The notes: a model not told the origin generated them from the letters alone. 64,000 nucleotides of DNA from an uncultured virus (IMG/VR IMGVR_UViG_3300010938_000011) (IMGVR_UViG_3300010938_000011); one strand, 5' to 3'; counted from the stretch's first letter, positions 49,547-59,712 are shown. Made by a program: numbers and translations.

Positions 49547-51154
49547 ATGTACAGATTAAATGAGTCAACGCCAGCTTCAATGGAAGAATTACAACTGATT
49601 TTCGAAAAGAGAAAACAGTTTGGTGATTATTTAGTTGAAAAATGGTGTAGAACTGAGCCAGGTAAAAAATTAGATGAAACTTATTCTAGAAATCCTGAAA
49701 AAGCTAGAAATATTGCTATTTTATTAGAAAATCAGGCTCGACACTTAAAATACTTAAAAGAAAATGGAGTTAACATTTCTCAATATTTCTTAACAACTCC
49801 TCAAAATGTTTTAAAGATTGTTCGTTTAGGAGTTGCTAATTCTAATAGAGATAAAATATTTACAGAGTATCCATTGCTCACAATGCATGATGCTATCTAC
49901 TTCATTTTCAAAGAGCATGCAGACTCTTTAAGAGGAGCTAATGCAGGTGATTTTATCTTTGAAATGACTCCAAATGAATGGAAATATCCAACTGAGATAG
50001 AAGTAAATACTCTTACTCTTTCAGGTGGTCCAGGATCTATAAATGGTAAAACAGCTTCAATAGCTAATACTTCTCAAGTTCCTATTACAGTAGGTTCTAT
50101 AAGAATTGTAGCTGTAGGTCCTAATAATCAAAGAATGTATATTGGTTATGATGGTGGAGATGGTAGAATATATGATATTTTTTCTAATAATATTTATAAG
50201 CAAACGGCTTCTCCATTATTAATAGATCCTTCTAATAGTACAGTAAATTATTCTACTGGAGCTATTACAATTACTTTTGATGCGAATGCTACTACTAATT
50301 TAGGTAGTTCTGGATTACCAAATGCTGCTGATTTAGTTAACTTCTTTACTAATATACAAAGCATAGAAGTACAATATAATTTTGATACTGAATTAAACAC
50401 TAATTTTAACCAAATTGGTAGTGTTAAAATTAGTGTAAAATCTCTAAGATTTAGACCAAGACCATACCCAATCTCCTATAGCTTCACACATATGGCTCGA
50501 TTAACTCTAGAAACTACAAAGCTTGGAGATATTGAAGACATGCTCGTTAAAGCTGTTGGTGAAGAGCATGCAATGAGACGAGACTACCAAGCTTTTGTAT
50601 ATGCTAGACAGTTAGCTAATAGCAATACAACCTATACATTTGATGCAGATTTTGCAGGAGCAAATGAAGATAACGATTTCAACCATGCACAACGTTTCCT
50701 AACAGCGATAAATGCTGTAAGTGGTGATATCTACAATGAATTAAAACGTGGAGAGATTAATAAAATAATCACCACTCCAATAGGAAAATCTTATTTAGCT
50801 AAATTAATTAGATTTGAACCTGATAAATCTCAACCTAGAGTTGGTCCATCTTATTTAGCTGGTAGAATAGATGGTATAGAAATATATGTAACTCCTGCTA
50901 ATCCAAATACTGTAAATGATGTAAATATCGGAAATGGTAAGTATAATTCTGATATGCTTCTAATTTATAAAAATCCAACCAACGAAGGAGAACCTTCTAT
51001 AGCTTTTGGAGTTTTAACAGAACTAGCAGCGACACTAGATTACCCAGAACTATATAGAAAGTCTGTTATTGCTTCTATAGAAGACCAAATAGTAGTTCAA
51101 AGAAGATTCATAAGAAAAATGACCATTACTAATATTGGAGCTTTTGGTCAATAA
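49547..51154 (+). CDS. major capsid protein (T4 gp23-like) with insertion domain
   Basis: L-EKW, A-LLENQ, R-L-type core, G--YLAGRIDG-EIY; after protease; GGAGG SD; followed by a terminator. Confidence 0.88.
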   Translation: MYRLNESTPASMEELQLIFEKRKQFGDYLVEKWCRTEPGKKLDETYSRNPEKARNIAILLENQARHLKYLKENGVNISQYFLTTPQNVLKIVRLGVANSNRDKIFTEYPLLTMHDAIYFIFKEHADSLRGANAGDFIFEMTPNEWKYPTEIEVNTLTLSGGPGSINGKTASIANTSQVPITVGSIRIVAVGPNNQRMYIGYDGGDGRIYDIFSNNIYKQTASPLLIDPSNSTVNYSTGAITITFDANATTNLGSSGLPNAADLVNFFTNIQSIEVQYNFDTELNTNFNQIGSVKISVKSLRFRPRPYPISYSFTHMARLTLETTKLGDIEDMLVKAVGEEHAMRRDYQAFVYARQLANSNTTYTFDADFAGANEDNDFNHAQRFLTAINAVSGDIYNELKRGEINKIITTPIGKSYLAKLIRFEPDKSQPRVGPSYLAGRIDGIEIYVTPANPNTVNDVNIGNGKYNSDMLLIYKNPTNEGEPSIAFGVLTELAATLDYPELYRKSVIASIEDQIVVQRRFIRKMTITNIGAFGQ

Positions 51155-51170
51155 TATTTTTCTTATTTAT

Positions 51171-51195
51171 TGGAGCCTTTATGGCTCCATTTTTT
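51171..51195 (+). terminator. intrinsic terminator after MCP
   Basis: TGGAGCC-TTTAT-GGCTCCA followed by T6. Confidence 0.85.
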
Positions 51196-51197
51196 CT

Positions 51198-53288
51198 ATG
51201 GATGAACCAGAAAAACAGATTCTTAAAAAGATTCATAATAATGAAGAGCTTACTGAAGAAGATTTAGACATAATAAAAAAAGTTCCTGAACTTAAGTCTG
51301 AATTAGAAAAATTAGTATTCATAAAACCTCCTCCTACAGCTAAGCAATTTTTAGATCCAAAAGAGGGTTGGTTACCTGAAAGCTTAGTTAATGAATTATA
51401 CGATACTGTAATAGATGATTTTGTAAATATTGTAGATTCTAATAAGTATTATCATACAATTTCTATTTATGGCTGTACTCGTCAAGGAAAATCCTATTTA
51501 GCTAGATTGCTTATTTTTTATACAGTAGTTTTTTGTAATTATTTAAAATCTATTTCAGCTTTCTATAATGTATCTCCTATTACTAATTTATCCATTTTCA
51601 TAGCTTCATTTAAATATGAAAAAGTAAATGAAATTTATTTATCTCCTTTAGAAAATTTATTTAGCATTTCTGAAAGAATGATAAAATGTACTAGAACTCT
51701 TCAATTAGAAGAATATAGACATAAGTATGGAGTAGATTTTATACCATATATACCTACTGCTAATAAATCTTCTCATGTTAATTTTAGATTTCCTTTTAAT
51801 GTACAAATAGCTAGTGGTAATAAGAAAGCCATAAATGCTTTAGGTTCTGACCTAATACAAGTATATATTTCAGAGATTTCTTATTTTGTTGAAGTAGGAG
51901 GTATAAATGATGATGAAATTTTTAGATTCTATACAGATACCTTAGAACGTATACAAGCTACAGTAGGAAAAAAGAAATTAGCTTTTTCATATTTAGATAC
52001 TTCTGCTTATACATTAGAAAATAGAATAGAAGACTATATATGGAATAAATTAAGATTTGATAAAGAAGCATATTTTGTTAGAAGGTCAAGATGGGATATT
52101 CCTCAAGTAGCTGAAAAAAATTGTCCTAAATGGAAAGAAACTGGAAAAACTTTTAAAGTATTTATAGGAGATACTAAATTACCTCCAGTTATTATTCATG
52201 AACAAAATAAAGATTTATTAAAAAAAGTACCTCAAGATTTAGTATTCGATATTCCTATAGATTATAAAAAATCTTTTGAGAGAAACCTTCATAGATCTAT
52301 TTGTGATATTTTAGGAATGCCTGTTACTTCTGAATCTAAGATCTTCTATCCTATGTATGTTAGAGCTATGTTTAAGGATAATCTAAGAAATATAGAACCC
52401 TATGTATTAGCTGAATCTATATTCTCTCCAGAAGGACAAATATGGGATCAAGTAAAAGATTATTTATTTGAAAAATATACTTTAAAAGCTTATAAATTTT
52501 ATCTAAATCCTAAAGCTTCTAGATATATTGGATTAGACATAGCTGCTTCAAGTGAAGGAGATATGGCAGCTATTAGTTGTGTACATCCTGCTTTATCTAA
52601 AGAAGGAGAAAAAATATTTGTAGTAGATTTTTCCTTTGCTATTACAGCTAAAAATTCTAGAATTTCTTTAGAAGCTATACAATTATTCATTAGAGACTTA
52701 TTATATTTAGGAGAATTACCTATTAGAGGAGTTTCTGTAGAAAGTAATAACTCAGAACAATTAAGACAATTTCTAAGTAGATGGAATATAAAAACTATAA
52801 CTAATTCAATGATGCCTAGAAATGTTACTCATTATTATTTATTAGTTTCTTTAGTTCATAGTTGTAAAATTATTTCTGGAAAAAATATTTTTTTAAAAAA
52901 TAATTTATTATCACTTTCTAGAAGAGTAGAAAAGAAAGCTGGTCAATTAGTAGAATTAATAGACCATACTAAAGGAGAACTTATTAAAGAATATGATGGA
53001 GATTTTGAACATAGTAAAGCTGGTAAAAATGCTAAAGACGTTTCTGACTCTTTAGTACAAGCTATTTTGTGTTATTATAATTTACATAATGATGATGTAA
53101 TAGATTCAATTATAGATTGGTATTCAGTAGAAGAAGCTCAAAAAGATTTAGAAAAAGTAGAAAATTTAGAAATAACTACTGAAGAATTTTTACAAAAAGA
53201 ACAAATTAAAGCTAATGATTTAGATTTTTATTTAGAAAAAAGAAAAGACTTTATTTTAAGAAATTATAAAATTTTAAAGTACTATTAA
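51198..53288 (+). CDS. terL: terminase large subunit
   Basis: Walker A GCTRQGKS, Walker B-like VYISE, RuvC-like YIGLDIA, IDH, KDVSDS; track start 51135 (TTG) overlaps MCP and the terminator, so ATG 51198 is preferred. Confidence 0.85.
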   Translation: MDEPEKQILKKIHNNEELTEEDLDIIKKVPELKSELEKLVFIKPPPTAKQFLDPKEGWLPESLVNELYDTVIDDFVNIVDSNKYYHTISIYGCTRQGKSYLARLLIFYTVVFCNYLKSISAFYNVSPITNLSIFIASFKYEKVNEIYLSPLENLFSISERMIKCTRTLQLEEYRHKYGVDFIPYIPTANKSSHVNFRFPFNVQIASGNKKAINALGSDLIQVYISEISYFVEVGGINDDEIFRFYTDTLERIQATVGKKKLAFSYLDTSAYTLENRIEDYIWNKLRFDKEAYFVRRSRWDIPQVAEKNCPKWKETGKTFKVFIGDTKLPPVIIHEQNKDLLKKVPQDLVFDIPIDYKKSFERNLHRSICDILGMPVTSESKIFYPMYVRAMFKDNLRNIEPYVLAESIFSPEGQIWDQVKDYLFEKYTLKAYKFYLNPKASRYIGLDIAASSEGDMAAISCVHPALSKEGEKIFVVDFSFAITAKNSRISLEAIQLFIRDLLYLGELPIRGVSVESNNSEQLRQFLSRWNIKTITNSMMPRNVTHYYLLVSLVHSCKIISGKNIFLKNNLLSLSRRVEKKAGQLVELIDHTKGELIKEYDGDFEHSKAGKNAKDVSDSLVQAILCYYNLHNDDVIDSIIDWYSVEEAQKDLEKVENLEITTEEFLQKEQIKANDLDFYLEKRKDFILRNYKILKYY

Positions 53289-53292
53289 TAAT

Positions 53293-53706
53293 ATGAGTAT
53301 ACAAAATTATTCATTAGTATTAAGCGGAAAGAAAGACTTAATTCAAACAGATTTTGAATATGTAATTTCAAAAGCTTATAATTTAGAAGAATCTAGAGGA
53401 TTTTTGATTAATAAGACTGATGGAACAGTTAATTTTACTTTACCTATTAATGTAGGAACCTCTGAATTAGCTTATCTAATATTTATTATTCCTGAAACTA
53501 TTCAAAAAACTGTGATAAATATCTTAACTTTAGATTATACTTTAAATTCTGTGACTAATACTTTACAGATACCTTTTAATAAATTTGTAGCTATCGATTG
53601 GCCTTTACCAGTAGGAGCTACATTAAATAATTTAAGTATACAAACTAGTTCTTTAGAAACTATAAAAATTGTAATGAAGGCAGTTTACATAGATCCTAAC
53701 TCATGA
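53293..53706 (+). CDS. hypothetical beta-rich virion protein
   Basis: ORF track; TACTAT 53280, 7 nt before ATG. Confidence 0.65.
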   Translation: MSIQNYSLVLSGKKDLIQTDFEYVISKAYNLEESRGFLINKTDGTVNFTLPINVGTSELAYLIFIIPETIQKTVINILTLDYTLNSVTNTLQIPFNKFVAIDWPLPVGATLNNLSIQTSSLETIKIVMKAVYIDPNS

Positions 53707-54740
53707 TAAAGAAATTTGTAGATGAAGAATTTGAATTAATATTAGAGGTAAGAAATCCAAACAACCCTAATGAGTTAGTAGATCCAGATTTACCTCCTAT
53801 TTTGAAAATTCCTTCTTTAAATATAACTGAATCTACTCCTGAAATTAAGTCAAAAGGAGTTTTTTCTTTTAAATTAAAAATTAATCAAATAGGTTCTTAC
53901 TTAATTAAATTTATCTACTTTATAAATAACAATAGATATGAAAAAGAGGATACTTTAGAAATAGTTCCTCATTTAAAATCCTCTCCTGTAAAGGAAGATG
54001 AAATAATTATAGATGAAAAACATTTAGATCTAATAAAACAAGTAATAGGAAAACCTTTTTTAGATGAGTTTGGAATTTCTGATGCTGGTATAAAGAAATA
54101 TGCAGTCTATCCAGCTTTATTAGAATATTTTAGAAAATTCCCTATTACTGTAGAAGATCAAGTAGCTGTAAGTAATGCTACAGAAATTCCTTTTCCAGAT
54201 GATTTTACATATGGAGTTCTAGATGCTAGAATAGTAGGAAAAGGAGAAACTTATACTAGTAGTTCTTTTTGGGATATTATAAGATTTCAAACTCTATATC
54301 CAAGTTTAGTACCTAAATCTATTGGAGTATATGGTTCTAAATTTAATTTTAATCAATTGAATCAGCTTAACTTAATGGCTAAAGCTGTTTATGATACTTA
54401 CAGTAATTTAGGTACTTATAAAATAAAAATAGACTATCCTAATAGAAAAATAATAGCTTATTGCAGCCTTGCTGCTTTTTTGAATTTTACATGGGCTAAA
54501 TATTCTTTAAATTTTAAAGATGTAAGATTTGAAAGAATTAATGATGTAATTAATTTAGCTAGAATGAATCTATTATACTTATTAGCTGATTTTGCCGCTC
54601 TATATGAAGATTCTCAAATTGATAGACGAATAAATGCAGATGCTTTAAGAACTAAAGCTGAATTTATTTATAATGAAGTATTAAAAGAAGGCTGGAGACA
54701 AATTCCTGATGTTGTATTGTTAAGAGGAGAAATACTATAA
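53703..54740 (+). CDS. putative head-tail adaptor / neck protein with N-terminal Ig-like domain
   Basis: GVFSF---Q-GSY-IKF Ig-like strands; IK--IG-P, INADAL---A adaptor patterns; precedes sheath. Confidence 0.55.
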   Translation: MIKKFVDEEFELILEVRNPNNPNELVDPDLPPILKIPSLNITESTPEIKSKGVFSFKLKINQIGSYLIKFIYFINNNRYEKEDTLEIVPHLKSSPVKEDEIIIDEKHLDLIKQVIGKPFLDEFGISDAGIKKYAVYPALLEYFRKFPITVEDQVAVSNATEIPFPDDFTYGVLDARIVGKGETYTSSSFWDIIRFQTLYPSLVPKSIGVYGSKFNFNQLNQLNLMAKAVYDTYSNLGTYKIKIDYPNRKIIAYCSLAAFLNFTWAKYSLNFKDVRFERINDVINLARMNLLYLLADFAALYEDSQIDRRINADALRTKAEFIYNEVLKEGWRQIPDVVLLRGEIL

Positions 54741-54761
54741 TATATAATTGGAGGTAATTAA

Positions 54762-56990
54762 ATGATTACACAAACAGGTAATTATAGAATTACTATAACA
54801 GAAACTAACATATTACCACAAATTACAGTAGAACCTACTAGAAAAGCTATATTTGTTATAGATTCAGAAATGGGTCCTGACTATCCTTATTTAGTAGATA
54901 ATGTAAATGATTTACTTAGATTATATGGTACTCCTACTAATCAAAGAAATGGAGTATTAGAAGTATTACCTTATATAAGTAGATTTCCTGCTTATTTAGT
55001 AAGAGCAATTCATCCTGATGCTTCTTATGCAGGTGTAGATGTTTCAGAAACAAAAATTGTACCTTTTGGTCCTGGAGCTAAAAGAACTACTTATTCTTTT
55101 TCTAATATTCAAAGAGCTATTAAATTTAAAGCAGGTGATTCTGATGGTTTAACTGCTTCCTATAATGGAACTTTTCCTTATTCAGATTCTAATGATACTT
55201 ATATTCCGTATTCAGCTGAATTATATGTTGGAGGAAATAAAATTACCTTATCTACTAATGATGGTATTTCTTATACATTTGGAAATAATAGTACTTTAGC
55301 TTTTTCAGGAAATCAATTTAGTTTGAATTTTACAGGTACTCCTGGTCAAGTAGCCAAATTAAATTGTTATAATTTAATTAATGGTATTGATTTGTCTGCT
55401 GGTTTAACTTTAGCTAATGATATAGGATTTAACTTATATTTAGATAATATTGTAGTATTAAATTTAACTTTATCTAGTGGAAACTATGCTACAGCTTCAA
55501 ATATAGCTAATGCTTTAAATTTAGCTTTTCAATCAGCTACAGGATTAAGTATATCTCCTTTTAGTATAGATAGTACTTCCAATGCTCCAAATGAATATTT
55601 AGTAATTACAGGAACTATTGCTTCTTCTACAGAAGGTAGAATAAAAATTACTAATCCCTCTGATTTTACTTTAAGTTCGGCTATACCAGTATTGTTTGAT
55701 TCTTCCTCTCCTACCGAAATAAATGAAACTGCTTCTTCTACAGATCCTACTGGAGATATTCCTTCTTATGATACTGATATAGAAATTTATGTAAAATATA
55801 ATGATGTAGATACTTCTAACATAAGTCATAGCTTCTATGCTTTTTCTAAATATAATGATGATTTTTATAATTTAGCTATACAGATTACTCAAAATTCAGA
55901 TAATACCTATACTTTAGTTTTATATGAATATGCTAATGGAAATTATACAGAAATAGGAGAATATACTTATTCTTTAGATCCTAATGCTAAAGATCAATTT
56001 GGTTTTTCTATTTATATAGAAGAAGTATTTAAAAATAATGAATATATTAAGCCAGTCTTAAATCCTAATTTTAATGGTACAATGAATTTAGGAACTTCTC
56101 CTATAGTTAATTTATCTGGAGGTTCTTCTGGAGGAACCATTACAACAACTGAATTAGGTTTAGCTTGGGATAAAGTAAATTATAAAAAATATAGATCTCA
56201 TTTATTAGTTGATTTATATGGAGGATTTGCCCAAAAACTTTCTAATTTAATCAAAAATCAACATTTCTATGCTTTTGGTATAACTAGAGTTCCTAATGGA
56301 ATAAATCCTTCAAATGCTGTTTTATATGCTAAATCTTTAAATTTAAAAGATGATGCAGTAGCTTTATATTTTAATAGAATCAAAATTCTACATCCTTATA
56401 CTAAATCTGAAGTTTATGTAAGTGGATTAGGAGATTTAGCCACAAGATTTATGGAACAAGAACCTAATTTTGATGGATTCTCTCCAGCTTTTGTAGATAA
56501 AGAAAATGGTTATGGAGGTCAATTAACTTATTTTACTCCTATAGAATTAGAATATGATTTAACTGAATCTGAAAAAGAAGCTTTAGATAATGCTTTAGTG
56601 AATCCAATAGTAATAGATGAAATTTATGGTTTAATGGCTTATGGAGATAGAACTCTAGATCCTAATGTATATATTAATGAAAGAAGAGTTTCTTCTAATT
56701 TAATAGAAAAAATTATTAAAAGAGTCTTAGCTAAAACTATTGGAGCTCTAAATACTCCTGTATTAAGAAAGCAAGTAGAATTAGAAATAATGGAGATTTT
56801 AACAGCAGCTTTAGCATCAGGAGTAATTACTAATCCAGTAGTTCAATGTGATGAAAATAATAATAAAGAAGAATTAGCTAAAGGTGGTAGAAAATTAATT
56901 GTAGATGTATTTATCTCTGTACCACCATCTATTCAAAGAATTCATTTAAGATTTACTAGAAGTGGATCAACTATTAATGTACAACAATAA
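54762..56990 (+). CDS. tail sheath protein
   Basis: I-ETN, SEMGP, YGTP, VRA; C-terminal VNPI, YGDRTL, INERR, CDENNN, IVDVFI. Confidence 0.92.
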   Translation: MITQTGNYRITITETNILPQITVEPTRKAIFVIDSEMGPDYPYLVDNVNDLLRLYGTPTNQRNGVLEVLPYISRFPAYLVRAIHPDASYAGVDVSETKIVPFGPGAKRTTYSFSNIQRAIKFKAGDSDGLTASYNGTFPYSDSNDTYIPYSAELYVGGNKITLSTNDGISYTFGNNSTLAFSGNQFSLNFTGTPGQVAKLNCYNLINGIDLSAGLTLANDIGFNLYLDNIVVLNLTLSSGNYATASNIANALNLAFQSATGLSISPFSIDSTSNAPNEYLVITGTIASSTEGRIKITNPSDFTLSSAIPVLFDSSSPTEINETASSTDPTGDIPSYDTDIEIYVKYNDVDTSNISHSFYAFSKYNDDFYNLAIQITQNSDNTYTLVLYEYANGNYTEIGEYTYSLDPNAKDQFGFSIYIEEVFKNNEYIKPVLNPNFNGTMNLGTSPIVNLSGGSSGGTITTTELGLAWDKVNYKKYRSHLLVDLYGGFAQKLSNLIKNQHFYAFGITRVPNGINPSNAVLYAKSLNLKDDAVALYFNRIKILHPYTKSEVYVSGLGDLATRFMEQEPNFDGFSPAFVDKENGYGGQLTYFTPIELEYDLTESEKEALDNALVNPIVIDEIYGLMAYGDRTLDPNVYINERRVSSNLIEKIIKRVLAKTIGALNTPVLRKQVELEIMEILTAALASGVITNPVVQCDENNNKEELAKGGRKLIVDVFISVPPSIQRIHLRFTRSGSTINVQQ

Positions 56991-57006
56991 TTAAGGAGGA
57001 ATCATT

Positions 57007-57717
57007 ATGGCTAATAAACCTTTAATAGAACAACTGTTTGAACTTGGTGGATACCAAATAAAATCACAATATAGGGTAATGTTTCCTAAAGGAATACCTG
57101 GAGTAACCGCTCAAGTTACAGGATTATCTAATGTATTTCCTACAATTCCAGGACTTACTTTAAGACAAGATGGATCTTTTCCAATTCCTAAAAGAGAAAC
57201 AGGAACTTTTGAAAGAAACTTTCAAGGTTTAAAAGCTACTTATATGGCTCCTGTAGAAAATACCTCTAAGCAATTTTCTTTAACTTTCTTAATTGACGAA
57301 AATTTTGAAACTTATTCAATGCTTAATAGATTATATAGAAGATCTTTTGATGATTTAAATGGATTAGTTGGTTGTGAAGCTGATAATAGATTTCCAATTG
57401 TATTAGAATTTGTTGGTTTTAATAAAATAGGAACAGATCAATCTTTCTCTTTCAATAAGCCACCTAGATATGCTATTATATTTCAAGCTTGTAGAATAAG
57501 TGGTTTACAATTAGAAGAACCAGAACATTCTGCTTCTGAACCTCTAAAAGCTACAGTAGATTTTGTATATATGTATCATTTAGAATATATTACTACTGGT
57601 GATAGATGTTCCTTAGATTTAAATGATGCTAAATATCCTGATACAACCTTACCAGAATTACCTAACTACCCAGATTATAAATTAGATCATCCATTTGTTC
57701 AATTATTTAACCCATAG
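57007..57717 (+). CDS. tail tube protein
   Basis: Directly after sheath; Y-V-FP, IP, F-LTFLIDENF--Y, ATVDF-Y. Confidence 0.75.
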   Translation: MANKPLIEQLFELGGYQIKSQYRVMFPKGIPGVTAQVTGLSNVFPTIPGLTLRQDGSFPIPKRETGTFERNFQGLKATYMAPVENTSKQFSLTFLIDENFETYSMLNRLYRRSFDDLNGLVGCEADNRFPIVLEFVGFNKIGTDQSFSFNKPPRYAIIFQACRISGLQLEEPEHSASEPLKATVDFVYMYHLEYITTGDRCSLDLNDAKYPDTTLPELPNYPDYKLDHPFVQLFNP

Positions 57718-57727
57718 GATTTGACCT

Positions 57728-58924
57728 ATGATGGATGATTCTGGTTTTAATCCGACCTATGGACCTACCATAGGTTATCCTCCTCCTAAAGGAAGATTTA
57801 TTACTAGAGCTAAATTTGATGTTTCTTCGGATAGACCTTATGTAATTGAACAATCTGAAATTTTTTCTGGTGGTACTAGATTTAAATTAGATTCTCCTTT
57901 TGTACGGCAAAGTCCTTTAGATTATTTATTTGAAACTTTAGAAGAATTTAATAAATTTAATAAGCTTTCAGATCAAGAAAAAATAATTTATTTATATTTA
58001 AGACAGCAAGCAGAAAAGAAACAAAGAGCTAGATCTACTTTAGAAAAATTCTTATTAACTTTAGCTAATACTGTATTAGAAGGAGTTCCTAATTTCCTTT
58101 CTCCTTCTCTTTATCAAAGAGCTTTATTTAAATTCTTTTCTATTAGTGAAGATCCTTTATATAAAAATAAATTTGAAATTATTTTTTTAGATCCAATGCA
58201 AACTTCTAATTATTTAATACCTTCTGAAATAGCTTCTTTAATTTGGACTAGTGGAAATTCTGTTTCAGATATTGCTAAAAATCTTTTTTATTTTGCTAGA
58301 AAATTCTATTATTCAGCTGGTATAAAAGAAGAATTAGATAATTTAGCTAATTTAGATACTAAAGGAATTAGTATAAATAAACTATCTAAGACCTTATTCG
58401 TAACTTTATCCTTTTTATTTTTTGAATCAGTGCTTATTAAATATTTTGTAAAAGAAATTAATAATTTAAATTTTCCTAATGTAGAAGTAGAAAGATTAGG
58501 AGAAGCTCCTTATTATTATTTTAAAAGTATAAAAGCTCCTGATACTATTGAAATGACTTTTAATGAATCTAAAAGAGGAATGGTTCTTAGATTTTTAGAT
58601 ACTTGGAGAAGTAGGGCATTTAGGCATAGAGATCAAGGAGTATTTTATTCTGATCCTGCTAAAGATTATATTTTTAGAAATGATTTATCAAAAGCTAGAG
58701 CTTCTGCTATAATAATTCCTGTAGCTCCTATGTCTACTAGATTTAATTTTAAAGGATTAGAATTTCCTGATGAAAATAGATTAGGAACTTTTCCATTATT
58801 TATAATTCATGGAATGTATCCTATTTCTATTTCTGGAATTAATTTTAGTCAAGAAGCAACCGAAGCTATGACATATAGTGTTACTTTTGCTATTGAAGAT
58901 ATAGAAATTACTTCTTTTCCATAA
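57728..58924 (+). CDS. tube-like tail protein (gp48/gp54-like)
   Basis: C-half TIEMTFNES...FLD-W...GMYPISIS-INFS...YSVTFAIE tube-fold pattern. Confidence 0.6.
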   Translation: MMDDSGFNPTYGPTIGYPPPKGRFITRAKFDVSSDRPYVIEQSEIFSGGTRFKLDSPFVRQSPLDYLFETLEEFNKFNKLSDQEKIIYLYLRQQAEKKQRARSTLEKFLLTLANTVLEGVPNFLSPSLYQRALFKFFSISEDPLYKNKFEIIFLDPMQTSNYLIPSEIASLIWTSGNSVSDIAKNLFYFARKFYYSAGIKEELDNLANLDTKGISINKLSKTLFVTLSFLFFESVLIKYFVKEINNLNFPNVEVERLGEAPYYYFKSIKAPDTIEMTFNESKRGMVLRFLDTWRSRAFRHRDQGVFYSDPAKDYIFRNDLSKARASAIIIPVAPMSTRFNFKGLEFPDENRLGTFPLFIIHGMYPISISGINFSQEATEAMTYSVTFAIEDIEITSFP

Positions 58925-58989
58925 TACTCACAAACAAAAAAATTTTTTTATTATTATTTAAAATAATAAAATTTATTTAGGAGGCTATA

Positions 58990-59634
58990 ATGAATGAAGA
59001 GGTTTTAAAAATAATTTCCAAACAAATTCATTTATGTAATAAGTGTCCTATTCTAAGAAGAGTTACTCCGAATAGTATGCCTTGTTGGTATAAGTCTAAA
59101 AATCCTCAAATATTTGTAGTAGGCCTAAATCCAGGATTAGAATGGGTAAAAGATGAATATAATCAAAAAGAAGAGCCTCAAGAAGAATTTTATCAAAGAT
59201 ACTTAGATACTTTTCTTACTTCAAAGTTTGGTTCTTTTCTGACTAAAATCTTTTTTAGTAAAGAATTTGTAGAACAATATATCTTTTTTACTAATTTAAT
59301 TAAATGTAGAAAGCCTAGAAATATAAGCTTTACAGAAAAACATTTTTTAAATTGTAAAGATTATTTAATAGATCAAATAAAAATAGTTAAGCCTAAAGTA
59401 GTAGTAGTTTTTTCTGAATCTGCTTCTAAACATTATAGAGTAGCCGAATTTTTAAAACCTACTTTGATTTTAAATCATCCTAGCTATTATAGGTACAATT
59501 ATGAGTCTATTGACTATATGTATGATTCTGAAAAATTAGAAGATTTTTTATATAAAAATAGAGCTCATCCTGAAAATATGGTTCCTATTTATAATATAGA
59601 AGTAAAACCTCTTCCAGATGGAACTTTTTTTTAA
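58990..59634 (+). CDS. udg: uracil-DNA glycosylase, Fe-S (family 4/5-like)
   Basis: CNKCP, VGLNPG, TNLIKCRKP, C--YL-DQI-IVKPKVVV, HPSY. Confidence 0.85.
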   Translation: MNEEVLKIISKQIHLCNKCPILRRVTPNSMPCWYKSKNPQIFVVGLNPGLEWVKDEYNQKEEPQEEFYQRYLDTFLTSKFGSFLTKIFFSKEFVEQYIFFTNLIKCRKPRNISFTEKHFLNCKDYLIDQIKIVKPKVVVVFSESASKHYRVAEFLKPTLILNHPSYYRYNYESIDYMYDSEKLEDFLYKNRAHPENMVPIYNIEVKPLPDGTFF

Positions 59635-59712
59635 TATAAAATAAAATTTTGATTTACAAATGAATTTATTAAGAAAAATAAAATTAAATTTTAATAAATG
59701 GAGGAATAAAAA

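Noticed and set aside
58925..59712. Sigma70 early promoters or tRNAs in the AT-rich gaps flanking udg
   Set aside because: TTTACA/TAAAAT-like boxes exist but the spacing is off and they are expected by chance; no cloverleaf seen in any gap
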